Source: Pricia sp. (GTDB taxonomy: Bacteria > Bacteroidota > Bacteroidia > Flavobacteriales > Flavobacteriaceae). Taken from it: 64,000 bases of DNA. The notes beneath the pieces are model-generated. The model saw only the letters and a list, made by a program, of their open reading frames with translations. It did no database searches and was not told the origin of the DNA. Below are positions 53,497 through 62,913 of this stretch, one piece after another. A program made the position numbers and the translations under genes. The DNA is taken from NCBI RefSeq assembly GCF_041745955.1, contig NZ_JBGTHY010000538.1, forward strand, positions 148-64,147, read 5' to 3'. The number at the start of each line of letters is the position of its first letter. The stretch's first letter is position 1.

Positions 53497-54231
53497 CTAC
53501 AGCATATCTAAAAATCCGGATTTTTTTTGTCGGGATACTGGAATTTTATGGTTTGATTTCAAGACAACGTAACCATCGGTCTTCAGAAACTCCTTTATTT
53601 TGCTTAGGTTGATAATATACGAATTGTGTATCCTAAAAAAAGAATCTTCCGGTAAGAGATCATTGATTTCCTTCAATTTTTTCGTAAGCACCATCTTGTG
53701 GCCGTCGGCGAGAAATATGGTGCTATAGTTACCGTCCGATTCGGCGTAGAGGATATCATCACTATCCAAAAAAACCAACTTACCGTCCGTATTGAAGGTT
53801 ATTTTTTTATGTTTGGCGTTCGCATTGAAGTTCAACAGTATTTTCTCTAACCGCTCCGCCGTGAAGTTCTTTGCGTTGTATTTTCTGATCTTTGCTATGG
53901 TCTCTTTAAGATCGTCCGAATCAATAGGTTTCAACAGATAATCGATGGCCTCGTTTTTTAAAGCCTTGATGGCATATTGGTTGTAGGCCGTGGTAATGAC
54001 CACTGGAAAGTTCTTGTTCGTCAGTTTTTGGATAAACTGAAAACCGTCCATAGTGGGCATTTCGATATCCAGAAAAAGGCAATCCGGCGTATTTTTTCCC
54101 AAATAATCCAGTGCCTCAAAAGGATCGGTGAACGAGGCCTCGACATGTATTTCATCGCTAAAATTCGTCAGTTCCCAAGTAAGGCTTTGTAAAGCCTTTA
54201 TCTCATCATCTACAATTACGGCTTCTAACAT
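53497..54231 (-). CDS. LytR/AlgR response regulator
   Basis: Receiver domain plus FFRIHNSYIINL...IPVSR LytTR domain. Confidence 0.95.
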   Translation of the reverse strand: MLEAVIVDDEIKALQSLTWELTNFSDEIHVEASFTDPFEALDYLGKNTPDCLFLDIEMPTMDGFQFIQKLTNKNFPVVITTAYNQYAIKALKNEAIDYLLKPIDSDDLKETIAKIRKYNAKNFTAERLEKILLNFNANAKHKKITFNTDGKLVFLDSDDILYAESDGNYSTIFLADGHKMVLTKKLKEINDLLPEDSFFRIHNSYIINLSKIKEFLKTDGYVVLKSNHKIPVSRQKKSGFLDML

Positions 54232-54490
54232 CTTCTAATTTATTAGGTTAAGGGACTGATTTGTTTGGACTCCTAAATTACTATCAAAACGGCTAGCCAA
54301 AATAAGTGTGTTGAACAAACTCTAAATTACTCAAATATAACGGTATACGCTTGACTGAATTCGTTAATTGTGTGGATGGGAATATTTGGTGTACGGTCGG
54401 TATGAAAAAGCACATCATTGCATAAAATGGACCTTTTAATTTGCGGGTGGTGTCTAAGGCACATTTTCCCGACCTTAACCTACAATTTAA

Positions 54491-54561
54491 CAGGTTACAC
54501 CACAACTTAATGCCATTTCACAACAAAAATTTACCGTTCATCGAATACTGCCATAGATTTG
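54491..54561 (+). promoter_or_regulatory. LytTR-type direct repeats plus -7 promoter element
   Basis: 9-mers at a 21-bp period (54491, 54512, 54533); ACCGTTCAT matches the LytTR consensus; TAGATTTG at 54554-54561. Confidence 0.65.
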
Positions 54562-54564
54562 TAA

Positions 54565-54661
54565 TGTATTTGAAACCTAAAGTTTGACTTATAACTGACT
54601 GTGTAACCAAACTTAACCAACCCTACTTTAAAAGAAAAGCCCTCCTGACCGGAGGGCTTTT
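54565..54661 (+). ncRNA. Candidate small RNA B
   Basis: Non-coding stretch from promoter to hairpin containing UAACCAAACUUAACCAACC; ends in AAAAGCCCUCC-GGAGGGCUUUU. Confidence 0.5.
54631..54661. terminator. Bidirectional intrinsic terminator
   Basis: AAAAGCCCTCC tgacc GGAGGGCTTTT. Confidence 0.85.
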
Positions 54662-54705
54662 CAATGGTATGTACCCTATATCAACACTGTATACCGCGGC
54701 CTTGC

Positions 54706-55638
54706 CTAAAAAGCATAGTTAAGTCCGAACAACCAATAGGTCTGTAAGTCGTTGTCGGTATTCTCGAAAGTAGGGGTTGGTGTCGGGACTGGAGTCTGCG
54801 CAAAGGCATTGGCAAGCGACTCTTGGTGATTGCCTCTCAGGCCAAATTCGAAACCGAGACCGATGCCTTTCCATAGCGTGTAGCCCAAAGAGTTAATCCA
54901 CGTGAAATTAGAATAATTAGAGCTTTTATAGCTTTGAAAGGTCGAGAAATTGGATTTAAGGTTTAGTTTTCCAAATTTCCGCGTATAATCGGCGACAATT
55001 TTCGCCCCGGCAGAAGATTCGTAGATATTGTCGGTACTAGTGAATACAAAGTTATAGTTCAAGGGATGGATGACCACAACAAGGTTTTCGATTGGTGTCC
55101 ACGTTGCTCCTACACCTAAATCGAGATAACCTGGGTCATTAAAGTTATTGATGAGAGAGGTACGATATTCGCCCAATGCCGAAATAGCGAACTTTTTGCT
55201 CAACTTATACCCATAGAGCGAGGTAAGCGTAAAGACATCCGTAGTACCTTCGAAATCTTCGCTATCGGTATCGATGTCCTTATTGTCCAGCTTTACCCAT
55301 TGTAGATTGGCATTACCCGAGTTCTTCCAAAAGAACTTTTCACGGTCTAGGTTGGCGAACGCATTTACGGTAACGCCGATATTACCCGATGAATTATTGG
55401 GTACGCCTTGTGAATACCAATTGTTGAAATTGGAAAGGTTGGCCCCAATAGTTCCGAAGGCCCCAATTTTCCAACCGGGAAAGGTATCGATTTGGGCTTG
55501 AAGGCCGTCTATCCTGCCCTGTATGGCGGCCAACGAATCGTTCTTTGCTGCTTTTTCGGCTTTCAATTCTTCTAATGTTTGTGCCGAGCCTACAATAAAT
55601 GTATGAAAAGCTAAAAATGTCAACAAAATTCTTTTCAT
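54706..55638 (-). CDS. DUF3078 family outer-membrane protein
   Basis: Signal peptide, FNNW motif, barrel-type C-terminus GLNYAF. Confidence 0.8.
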   Translation of the reverse strand: MKRILLTFLAFHTFIVGSAQTLEELKAEKAAKNDSLAAIQGRIDGLQAQIDTFPGWKIGAFGTIGANLSNFNNWYSQGVPNNSSGNIGVTVNAFANLDREKFFWKNSGNANLQWVKLDNKDIDTDSEDFEGTTDVFTLTSLYGYKLSKKFAISALGEYRTSLINNFNDPGYLDLGVGATWTPIENLVVVIHPLNYNFVFTSTDNIYESSAGAKIVADYTRKFGKLNLKSNFSTFQSYKSSNYSNFTWINSLGYTLWKGIGLGFEFGLRGNHQESLANAFAQTPVPTPTPTFENTDNDLQTYWLFGLNYAF

Positions 55639-55759
55639 AGTCGAGCGTGGTTATTGTTTTAAATCCAAGGGGCAAAAGTAAGAATTGCTAACAATAAACC
55701 AACAAACTTTTCAACAAATTTTAGGGTGTTGTTACTATTTAAAGGGGGCTTATCAACAA

Positions 55760-56269
55760 CTATTTTTTCTTGAAAAGAGGCACCGAAGAGCAAGCTTCTC
55801 CATACATGAGGGCCTTAACGACGGGCTGAAGCTTTTGGGTTATCAACACATAGGCGTTTGGTGGTACCGGTTTGTTCGTGCAGCCCTTTATAATGACCAT
55901 GCGGTCTTTAAAATCGGAAGTGTCCAATTTTTCTATAAGCGATTGATATAGTGAAGTTTCAAGCAGTTCAAGGTCACCTTGTAGGATTTTGGAGGCATAA
56001 GGCTCCAGCTTTGTTGCCATAAGCATATAGGCCCAGCCCGGTATGATGGCATCCGAAGAACAGTGTATCGCGACGAAAGCATCTTGGTATTGTGTCCAAT
56101 CATGTTGCTCCAGCTGCATCCTGAATTCCTTTTCCCTAAGGATAAATCCCTCGTAAAGCCAATTCTTTATGTCCAAAAGAATCCTTTTGCCTTCGGGATA
56201 GTAGTCCTCAAGGTTAAAGGTGATGAGTTTGCTTTGCGCTACTCTGTTAAGGATGGGTTCTCCGTTCAT
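55760..56269 (-). CDS. DUF2480 family protein
   Basis: NRVAQSKLITFNLEDYYP...YGEACSSVP. Confidence 0.85.
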   Translation of the reverse strand: MNGEPILNRVAQSKLITFNLEDYYPEGKRILLDIKNWLYEGFILREKEFRMQLEQHDWTQYQDAFVAIHCSSDAIIPGWAYMLMATKLEPYASKILQGDLELLETSLYQSLIEKLDTSDFKDRMVIIKGCTNKPVPPNAYVLITQKLQPVVKALMYGEACSSVPLFKKK

Positions 56270-56595
56270 AACATTCCGAGTTCCAACTTGGCCTCTTCGC
56301 TCATCAGGTCTTGGCTCCATGGAGGATCGAAGGTGATCTCAACTTCAGCATCCTTTACCATATCCAAAGATTTCACCCGCTCTTCTACTTCCGCGGGTAA
56401 GGATTCGGCTACCGGACAGTTGGGAGATGTCAAGGTCATGAGAATTTTCACCTCGTTATCCTCGTTTACGAACACGTCGTAAATCAGTCCGAGTTCATAA
56501 ATATCCACAGGAATCTCTGGATCGTATATGGTTTTGAGAACGGTGACGATTTTCTCGCCGAGCTCCTTGGTGTCAATTGATGTTTCTTCGCTCAT
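56266..56595 (-). CDS. sufT: DUF59 Fe-S assembly protein
   Basis: DPEIPVDIYELGL, TSPNCP and FDPPW motifs. Confidence 0.9.
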   Translation of the reverse strand: MSEETSIDTKELGEKIVTVLKTIYDPEIPVDIYELGLIYDVFVNEDNEVKILMTLTSPNCPVAESLPAEVEERVKSLDMVKDAEVEITFDPPWSQDLMSEEAKLELGML

Positions 56596-56647
56596 CTTAA
56601 AAAATTTATGGGTTTATGGATTTATAGGCAGGATACAAACTCATGGA

Positions 56648-57070
56648 CTAATTCAGCTGTGTCTGGTAGGCTACGGCATACAATTTAAGCTGTTTGATCA
56701 TACTTACCAACCCATTGGCCCGATTGGGGGACAAATGCTCCTTTAAACCGATTTCGTCGATGAATTCAGTATCTGAATCGATAATATCCTGAGGTTTTTG
56801 GTTACTGAAAGCCCGGATTAATATCGCTATTATACCTTTCGTTATAATTGCATCGCTATCTGCCGTAAACAGCAATTTGTCATCCTCAAGTTCGGCATGC
56901 ACCCAAACCCTGCTCTGGCATCCCTTTATAATATTGTCGTCGGTCTTATACTTTCCATCGATCAATGGAAGCGACTTTCCCAGCTCGATCATATACTCGT
57001 ATCGTTCCATCCAATCATCGAACATCGAAAATTCTTCTACTATTTCCTGCTGTATTTCCTTAATGTTCAT
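56648..57070 (-). CDS. sufE: Sulfur acceptor SufE
   Basis: IKGCQS, DSDA and LSPNRANG motifs. Confidence 0.93.
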   Translation of the reverse strand: MNIKEIQQEIVEEFSMFDDWMERYEYMIELGKSLPLIDGKYKTDDNIIKGCQSRVWVHAELEDDKLLFTADSDAIITKGIIAILIRAFSNQKPQDIIDSDTEFIDEIGLKEHLSPNRANGLVSMIKQLKLYAVAYQTQLN

Positions 57071-57303
57071 TCGATATATTTAAATAACCATTCCCCAGTA
57101 ACCAACGGTCCGAAATTTCTGCCATGGAGTGGATAGCCAATCTTTATGTAAAAATACGATAAGTCGCGCTTCCCATCAAAGGTTTGTGATAGTTATAGGA
57201 TTGTGCAGATCCCACTTCAAACAAGTTCGGCAAGCTATTTATGACATTCCCGGCTTGAAATTCGTGATGGCCATTTTTAGAAGACCTTCAACTTTGTAAC
57301 AGT

Positions 57304-58530
57304 TTATGTAAGCATGGCTGCTGCCCGTTTTACACCCTCTACCAAAACATCGACCTCATTCTTGGTGTTGTAAAAGCAAAAACTGGCCCTTACCGTACCG
57401 GGAATTTTATAGAAATCCATAATAGGCTGCGCACAGTGATGGCCTGTTCTTACCGCAATACCCAATTTGTCGAGAATCGTGCCGATATCGTAGGGATGAA
57501 CTCCTTTGATATTAAACGAAATCACGGAAGTCTTGTTTTTGGCAGTTCCGTATATTCTGAGTCCTTCTATTCCCAGTAGTTTTTGGGTAGCATACTCCAA
57601 AAGCTCGTGTTCATACTCTGAGATAGCATCGAAACCAATGGCATTCATATAGTCCAAGGCTGCCCCAAAGGCGATTCCTCCACAAATATTGGGCGTTCCG
57701 GCCTCGAATTTGTGGGGAAGGTCGGCATAGGTCGTCTTTTCGAAGGTGACCTCGGCAATCATTTCACCGCCGCCTTGGTAAGGTGGTAATTTGTTGAGCC
57801 ATTCCTCTTTACCGTACAAAACACCGACACCCGTGGGGCCGCACATTTTATGGGCCGAAACCGTATAGAAATCCACATCGAGTTTTTGCACATCGGCTTT
57901 GATATGCGGAGCGGCCTGTGCGCCATCGATCAATACGGCCGCCCCGACAGCGTGGGCCTTTTGTATGATTTCTTCGATGGGATTAATGGTTCCGAGCGCG
58001 TTGGAAATATGGTTACAAAATACCAGTTTGGTTCTTTCGGAAAGTAGCATATCATATTCGTCCATCAGCAGTTCACCTTCCAAATTCATGGGAATTACTT
58101 TTAGGACGGCCCCGGTGCGCTCTGCCAGCATCTGCCAGGGTACGATATTGGAATGGTGCTCCATCGCCGAGACCAAAATTTCATCTCCTTTCTTTATAAG
58201 AGATGAAAAGCCGCTCGCGACCAGATTGATACCGTGCGTTGTACCGGAGGTGAAAATTATTTCATGTGCCTTGGCGGCATTAAAATGTTGTTGAATCTTT
58301 TGCCTGGCCGCCTCATATTTATCAGTTGCTTCCTGAGAGAGCGTGTGAACGCCCCTGTGGATGTTTGCGTTAAAGTTCGAATAGTAGTCGACAATGGCGT
58401 CCATGACCTGTTTTGGGGTCTGGGAGGTAGCGGCGTTGTCGAGATATACCAAAGGCTTTCCATTGACTTCCCGGTTTAAAATGGGAAAGTCTTTTCGGAT
58501 TTTTTGTACGTCAAACATAGTAGTTTCCAT
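57304..58530 (-). CDS. sufS: Cysteine desulfurase
   Basis: YLDNAAT, SAHK and RTGHHCA motifs. Confidence 0.96.
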   Translation of the reverse strand: METTMFDVQKIRKDFPILNREVNGKPLVYLDNAATSQTPKQVMDAIVDYYSNFNANIHRGVHTLSQEATDKYEAARQKIQQHFNAAKAHEIIFTSGTTHGINLVASGFSSLIKKGDEILVSAMEHHSNIVPWQMLAERTGAVLKVIPMNLEGELLMDEYDMLLSERTKLVFCNHISNALGTINPIEEIIQKAHAVGAAVLIDGAQAAPHIKADVQKLDVDFYTVSAHKMCGPTGVGVLYGKEEWLNKLPPYQGGGEMIAEVTFEKTTYADLPHKFEAGTPNICGGIAFGAALDYMNAIGFDAISEYEHELLEYATQKLLGIEGLRIYGTAKNKTSVISFNIKGVHPYDIGTILDKLGIAVRTGHHCAQPIMDFYKIPGTVRASFCFYNTKNEVDVLVEGVKRAAAMLT

Positions 58531-58603
58531 AGATTACAAAGATACCGGGTATGCTATTAATAGTAGGGAAATAGGGAAAGTTTGTAACTAGTCTTTATAT
58601 AAT

Positions 58604-59920
58604 TTAAAGGTCAAACCCCAGATTAACGCCCAATTTTTTGGCTATCAATTTATTGATCCTCGTTTTAAGTTCTGGAATCCGCACGCTGGCGAGTACGTTG
58701 TTAGCGAAGGCATACATTAAAAGGGCACGGGCCTCCTTTTCTGGAATACCACGGGTTTGTAGATAGAAAAGAGCTTCCTCGTCCAACTGGCCAATGGTAC
58801 AGCCGTGGGAACATTTGACGTCATCGGCAAAAATTTCAAGTTGGGGCTTGGAATTGATAGTGGCCTTGTCGCTTATTAGAATATTATTGTTTTGCTGAAA
58901 GGCATCGGTTTTCTGGGCAATTTTGTCCACTATGATTTTTCCGTTGAAAACTCCTGTGGAGTTCTCGCCATAAATCCCCTTATAATCTTGATGGCTCTCG
59001 CAGTTGGGCTGTTTGTGATGCACCAAGGTATGGTGATCGACATGCTGTTTCTCGCCCAAAATGGTCACCCCTTTCATGGTGGAATCGATATATTCACCGT
59101 TCTGATAGAAATTCAGGTTGTTCCGGGTCAGTTTTCCGCCAAAACAGAAACTGTGGATTTTCACAACACTCTTATCCTTTTGATCGATATAGGTGTTATC
59201 GATCAAAGATGCCGTGGCATTATCGTTCTGAATTTTATAATAATCGACAATGGCACTTTTAGCAGCAAAGATTTCTGTCACCGAATTGGTCAACACCTCG
59301 TTAGAGGTTAAACTTTGATGCCTTTCAATTACCTGAAGTTCCGCGTTTTCCTCCACCACGATAAGGTTTCTGGGCTGCAATAACAATGAAGCCTCGTTAC
59401 CGGTAGCAAAATGGAGAATTTCGACCGGCTTTTTAGGCATTTTGTTCTTGGGGATATAAATATAGGCGCCCTCCCTGCTGAATGCCGTGTTCAAACTCGT
59501 CAATGACTCGTCTTTCGATGCGATCTTATTAAAATACACATCGATAACCTGTTTGTACATCGGTTTGGTGAGCGCAGCACTCATCAAGCAAATATCGACA
59601 CCGTCATGTGTGGTTTCGGAAAGATAAGAACTGTATATACCATCCACAAAAACAATTTTATAGGAGTCGATTTCATGAATAAAATATTTCTTCACGTCTT
59701 TGTATTCCAAGGTGTTCTCTTCTCTTGGAAAAATGCTAAAATCGGTTTTTTGAAGGCTGTTCAGGGATGTATATTTCCATTCTTCCTCTTTTTTGGAAGG
59801 AAAACCTTTGCTCTCGAAATTCTTCATGGCTGCCGTACGTACATCGTGTACCGAATGTTCGACATCAACGTTGTTCTCGAACGCCATGAAAGATGATATT
59901 AACTTGTCTTTTAAATCCAT
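58604..59920 (-). CDS. sufD: Fe-S assembly protein SufD
   Basis: KPQLEIFADDVKCSHG motif. Confidence 0.95.
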   Translation of the reverse strand: MDLKDKLISSFMAFENNVDVEHSVHDVRTAAMKNFESKGFPSKKEEEWKYTSLNSLQKTDFSIFPREENTLEYKDVKKYFIHEIDSYKIVFVDGIYSSYLSETTHDGVDICLMSAALTKPMYKQVIDVYFNKIASKDESLTSLNTAFSREGAYIYIPKNKMPKKPVEILHFATGNEASLLLQPRNLIVVEENAELQVIERHQSLTSNEVLTNSVTEIFAAKSAIVDYYKIQNDNATASLIDNTYIDQKDKSVVKIHSFCFGGKLTRNNLNFYQNGEYIDSTMKGVTILGEKQHVDHHTLVHHKQPNCESHQDYKGIYGENSTGVFNGKIIVDKIAQKTDAFQQNNNILISDKATINSKPQLEIFADDVKCSHGCTIGQLDEEALFYLQTRGIPEKEARALLMYAFANNVLASVRIPELKTRINKLIAKKLGVNLGFDL

Positions 59921-59936
59921 CAAAAAAATATTTTAT

Positions 59937-60045
59937 TGCCATTCCCGCCCTTTGTTTGGCTCCGCTCGGGATAAACTAGGGCGGGAATCTTAATCAATTT
60001 GCCCTGAAGTTTGTGCAACAGATTCCCGACTTCGCGGGAATGGCA
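59937..60045. repeat. ATTCCCG...CGGGAAT palindromic element with a nested insert
   Basis: TGCCATTCCCGCCC[insert]GGGCGGGAATC...GATTCCCGACTTCGCGGGAATGGCA. Confidence 0.7.
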
Positions 60046-60058
60046 AATTCTTAAATAA

Positions 60059-60812
60059 TTAAACGGCGGTCTCTTGTTTCAACCAATCGTAACCTTTTTC
60101 TTCAAGTTCCAAGGCCAACTCCTTACCACCGGACTTGACAATTTTTCCGTCGTGGATAACGTGTACGAAATCGGGAATAATATATTCCAACAACCGCTGA
60201 TAGTGCGTGATTAGAATTGTGGCCTTGTCATCGCTACGTAATTTGTTCACGCCGTTTGCGACGATACGAAGGGCATCGATATCGAGTCCGGAATCGGTTT
60301 CGTCCAAGATGGAGAGTTTGGGTTCCAACATCGCCATCTGAAAGATTTCGTTCCGTTTTTTCTCGCCCCCTGAAAAGCCTTCGTTTAGGGAACGGGAAAG
60401 AAACTTTCTATCGATATCCAACATTTCGGATTTTTCACGAATCAGCTTCAGCATTTCTTTGGCGGGCATATCTTCCAAGCCGTTTGCCTTCCGTGATTCG
60501 TTGATGGCCGTTTTCATAAAATTCGTGACCGAGACCCCGGGAATTTCTACAGGATATTGAAAGGAAAGAAAAACCCCTTTGTGCGCCCGTTCTTCGGGAG
60601 AGGTTTCGTCAAGGTCTTCTCCTTCAAACTCGATAGAACCTTGGGTCACTTCAAATTCTTCCTTGCCGGCTATTACCGAAGCTAAAGTACTTTTACCTGA
60701 ACCGTTGGGGGCCCATTATGGCGTGTACTTCCCCGGCATTCACTTCGAGGTTGACCCCCTTTAATATTTTTTTCCCGTCTACGCTTGCGTGTAGATTTTT
60801 GATTTTTAGCAT
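60059..60812 (-). CDS. sufC: Fe-S assembly ATPase SufC, with a +1 frameshift at the G5 run 60707-60711
   Basis: [11 protein letters not shown]...HAIMGP and NGSGKST are in different frames; the span is 754 nt (3n+1). Confidence 0.92.
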
Positions 60813-60885
60813 GTTATTACTTGTTTACGTAATTTTTAAAAATTGAGCTAACGTCATCTGACCTGTCGCGGTCTCTCCCGACAAA

Positions 60886-62331
60886 CTATCCTACAGAGCC
60901 TTCTAGACTAATTTCCAGTAGTTTTTGCGCTTCCACAGCGAATTCCATGGGCAGTTTGTTTAATACCTCCTTACTGAACCCGTTTACGATAAGCGCGATG
61001 GCCTTTTCGGTATCGATACCCCGTTGGTTACAATAAAAAATCTGATCTTCCCCGATTTTACTCGTTGTAGCCTCGTGTTCTATCTGAGCCGTTTTGTTCT
61101 TGACCTCAATATACGGGAAGGTATGCGCCCCGCAATCGTTACCCATTAAAAGGGAATCGCATTGCGAGAAGTTCCTAGCGTTATCGGCACGGCTATTGAT
61201 TTGTACCAATCCACGGTAGCTGTTCTGGGATTTTCCTGCGGATATTCCTTTGGATATGATAGTACTTCGGGTATTCTTGCCCAAATGGATCATTTTAGTA
61301 CCGGTATCGGCCTGCTGAAAATTATTGGTCACGGCAATGGAGTAAAACTCGCCGATGGAATTGTCGCCCTTTAGGATGCAGGATGGATATTTCCAAGTTA
61401 CTGCAGATCCCGTCTCGACCTGTGTCCAAGAGATTTTAGCGTTCTTCTCGCATATCCCCCTTTTGGTCACGAAATTATAAACTCCGCCTTTCCCTTCCTT
61501 ATTTCCGGGGAACCAGTTTTGTACCGTTGAGTATTTTATCTCCGCGTCATCCAAAGCGATCAACTCTACTACAGCGGCATGCAATTGGTTCTCGTCTCGC
61601 GATGGTGCGGTACATCCTTCCAAATAACTGACATAACTACCGGCTTCGGCAATGACCAAGGTTCTCTCGAACTGGCCCGTACCGGCTTGGTTAATCCGGA
61701 AGTAAGTGGACAGTTCCATCGGACAGCGCACGCCTTTGGGGATATAACAAAAACTACCATCGGAAAAAACCGCGGAATTCAATGCGGCATAAAAATTATC
61801 CCTCTTGGGAACTACCGAACCCATATATTTTTTGACCAGTTCGGGATGCTCTCGGATAGCCTCCGAAATGGAACAGAAAATAATGCCCTTTTCCGCCAGC
61901 GTCTTTTTAAAGCTGGTCGCCACGGAAACGGAATCCATCACAATATCGACGGCTACACCGGTCAGTTTCTTCTGCTCGTCCAAAGATATCCCCAGTCTTT
62001 TGAAGGTGTCCAGCAATTCTGGATCTACATCGTCGAGACTATCGTATTTGGGCTTACTGTTCGGTGCGGAATAATACGAAATAGCTTGAAAATCCGGTTT
62101 TTCGTAACGTACGTTGGCCCATTCCGGCTCTTCCATCTCCTTCCAGTACTTGAAGGCTTCCAACCGCCAGAGCGTCATCCACTCCGGCTCCTCCTTTTTT
62201 TTGGAAATGGCAATGACGACCTCTTCGTTCAAACCTGGGGGAAAGGTATCCGATTCGATATCCGTATAGAAACCGTACTCGTATTCCTTTGTCTCCAGCT
62301 CTTTTTTAAGCTCTTCTTCTGTATATGCCAT
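60886..62331 (-). CDS. sufB: Fe-S assembly protein SufB
   Basis: STYFRIN...GQFERT, EGCTAP and EHEATTSKI motifs. Confidence 0.97.
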   Translation of the reverse strand: MAYTEEELKKELETKEYEYGFYTDIESDTFPPGLNEEVVIAISKKKEEPEWMTLWRLEAFKYWKEMEEPEWANVRYEKPDFQAISYYSAPNSKPKYDSLDDVDPELLDTFKRLGISLDEQKKLTGVAVDIVMDSVSVATSFKKTLAEKGIIFCSISEAIREHPELVKKYMGSVVPKRDNFYAALNSAVFSDGSFCYIPKGVRCPMELSTYFRINQAGTGQFERTLVIAEAGSYVSYLEGCTAPSRDENQLHAAVVELIALDDAEIKYSTVQNWFPGNKEGKGGVYNFVTKRGICEKNAKISWTQVETGSAVTWKYPSCILKGDNSIGEFYSIAVTNNFQQADTGTKMIHLGKNTRSTIISKGISAGKSQNSYRGLVQINSRADNARNFSQCDSLLMGNDCGAHTFPYIEVKNKTAQIEHEATTSKIGEDQIFYCNQRGIDTEKAIALIVNGFSKEVLNKLPMEFAVEAQKLLEISLEGSVG

Positions 62332-62355
62332 ATTCGTTGTTAGTTAAAAAGTAAA

Positions 62356-62685
62356 TTAAAGGGAAAAACTCTCCCCGCACCCGCAGGTACGCTGTGCATT
62401 AGGGTTGTTGAAAACGAAACCTTTTCCATTTAGGCCCCCGGAATATTCCAAAACAGTGCCTACCAAGTATAGGAAACTCTTCTTATCCACTAGGATCCGC
62501 ACATTGTTGTCTTCAAAAACCTTATCGGATTCATCTATTTTATTATCGAACTTAAGTTCGTAGGACAGACCACTGCACCCGCCGCTCTTTACGCCGACGC
62601 GAACGTAGTCTCTGGCAGCATCATAACCTTCTTCGGTCATGAGATTGACTACCCTTTTTTTAGCTGTTTCAGAAACTTGAATCAT
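62356..62685 (-). CDS. HesB/IscA/SufA A-type carrier
   Basis: GGCSG and CGCGESF motifs. Confidence 0.93.
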   Translation of the reverse strand: MIQVSETAKKRVVNLMTEEGYDAARDYVRVGVKSGGCSGLSYELKFDNKIDESDKVFEDNNVRILVDKKSFLYLVGTVLEYSGGLNGKGFVFNNPNAQRTCGCGESFSL

Positions 62686-62698
62686 AGTTCATTGATAT

Positions 62699-62722
62699 TA
62701 GACCAAATAGTCTACAAATATA
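62699..62722 (-). promoter_or_regulatory. suf promoter with an operator-like palindrome
   Basis: TATATTTG (62715-62722) directly followed by TAGAC-N6-GTCTA (62699-62714). Confidence 0.5.
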
Positions 62723-62913
62723 CGAGTTTCACGGGGTTTAACCATAGACAGTAACATTATTATAACGTATGGTGCCATCGGTGATTTTTATGGTAGCATG
62801 GAATGTGCCAAGTGCGTTACGGTCAATGGGCGCGCGAATCTTTTTAATTGGTAATAAAAAATAATTCAAGTACCTTGTTCCCTACTTCCTTTTTCTAAAA
62901 CCAAATTAGCATT

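Noticed and set aside
54564-54587. Micro-ORF MYLKPKV in candidate RNA-B
   Set aside because: The ATG lies at or before the predicted transcription start and the ORF is only 7 codons; not excluded experimentally.
61579-62343. 254-aa plus-strand ORF
   Set aside because: Antisense shadow of sufB.
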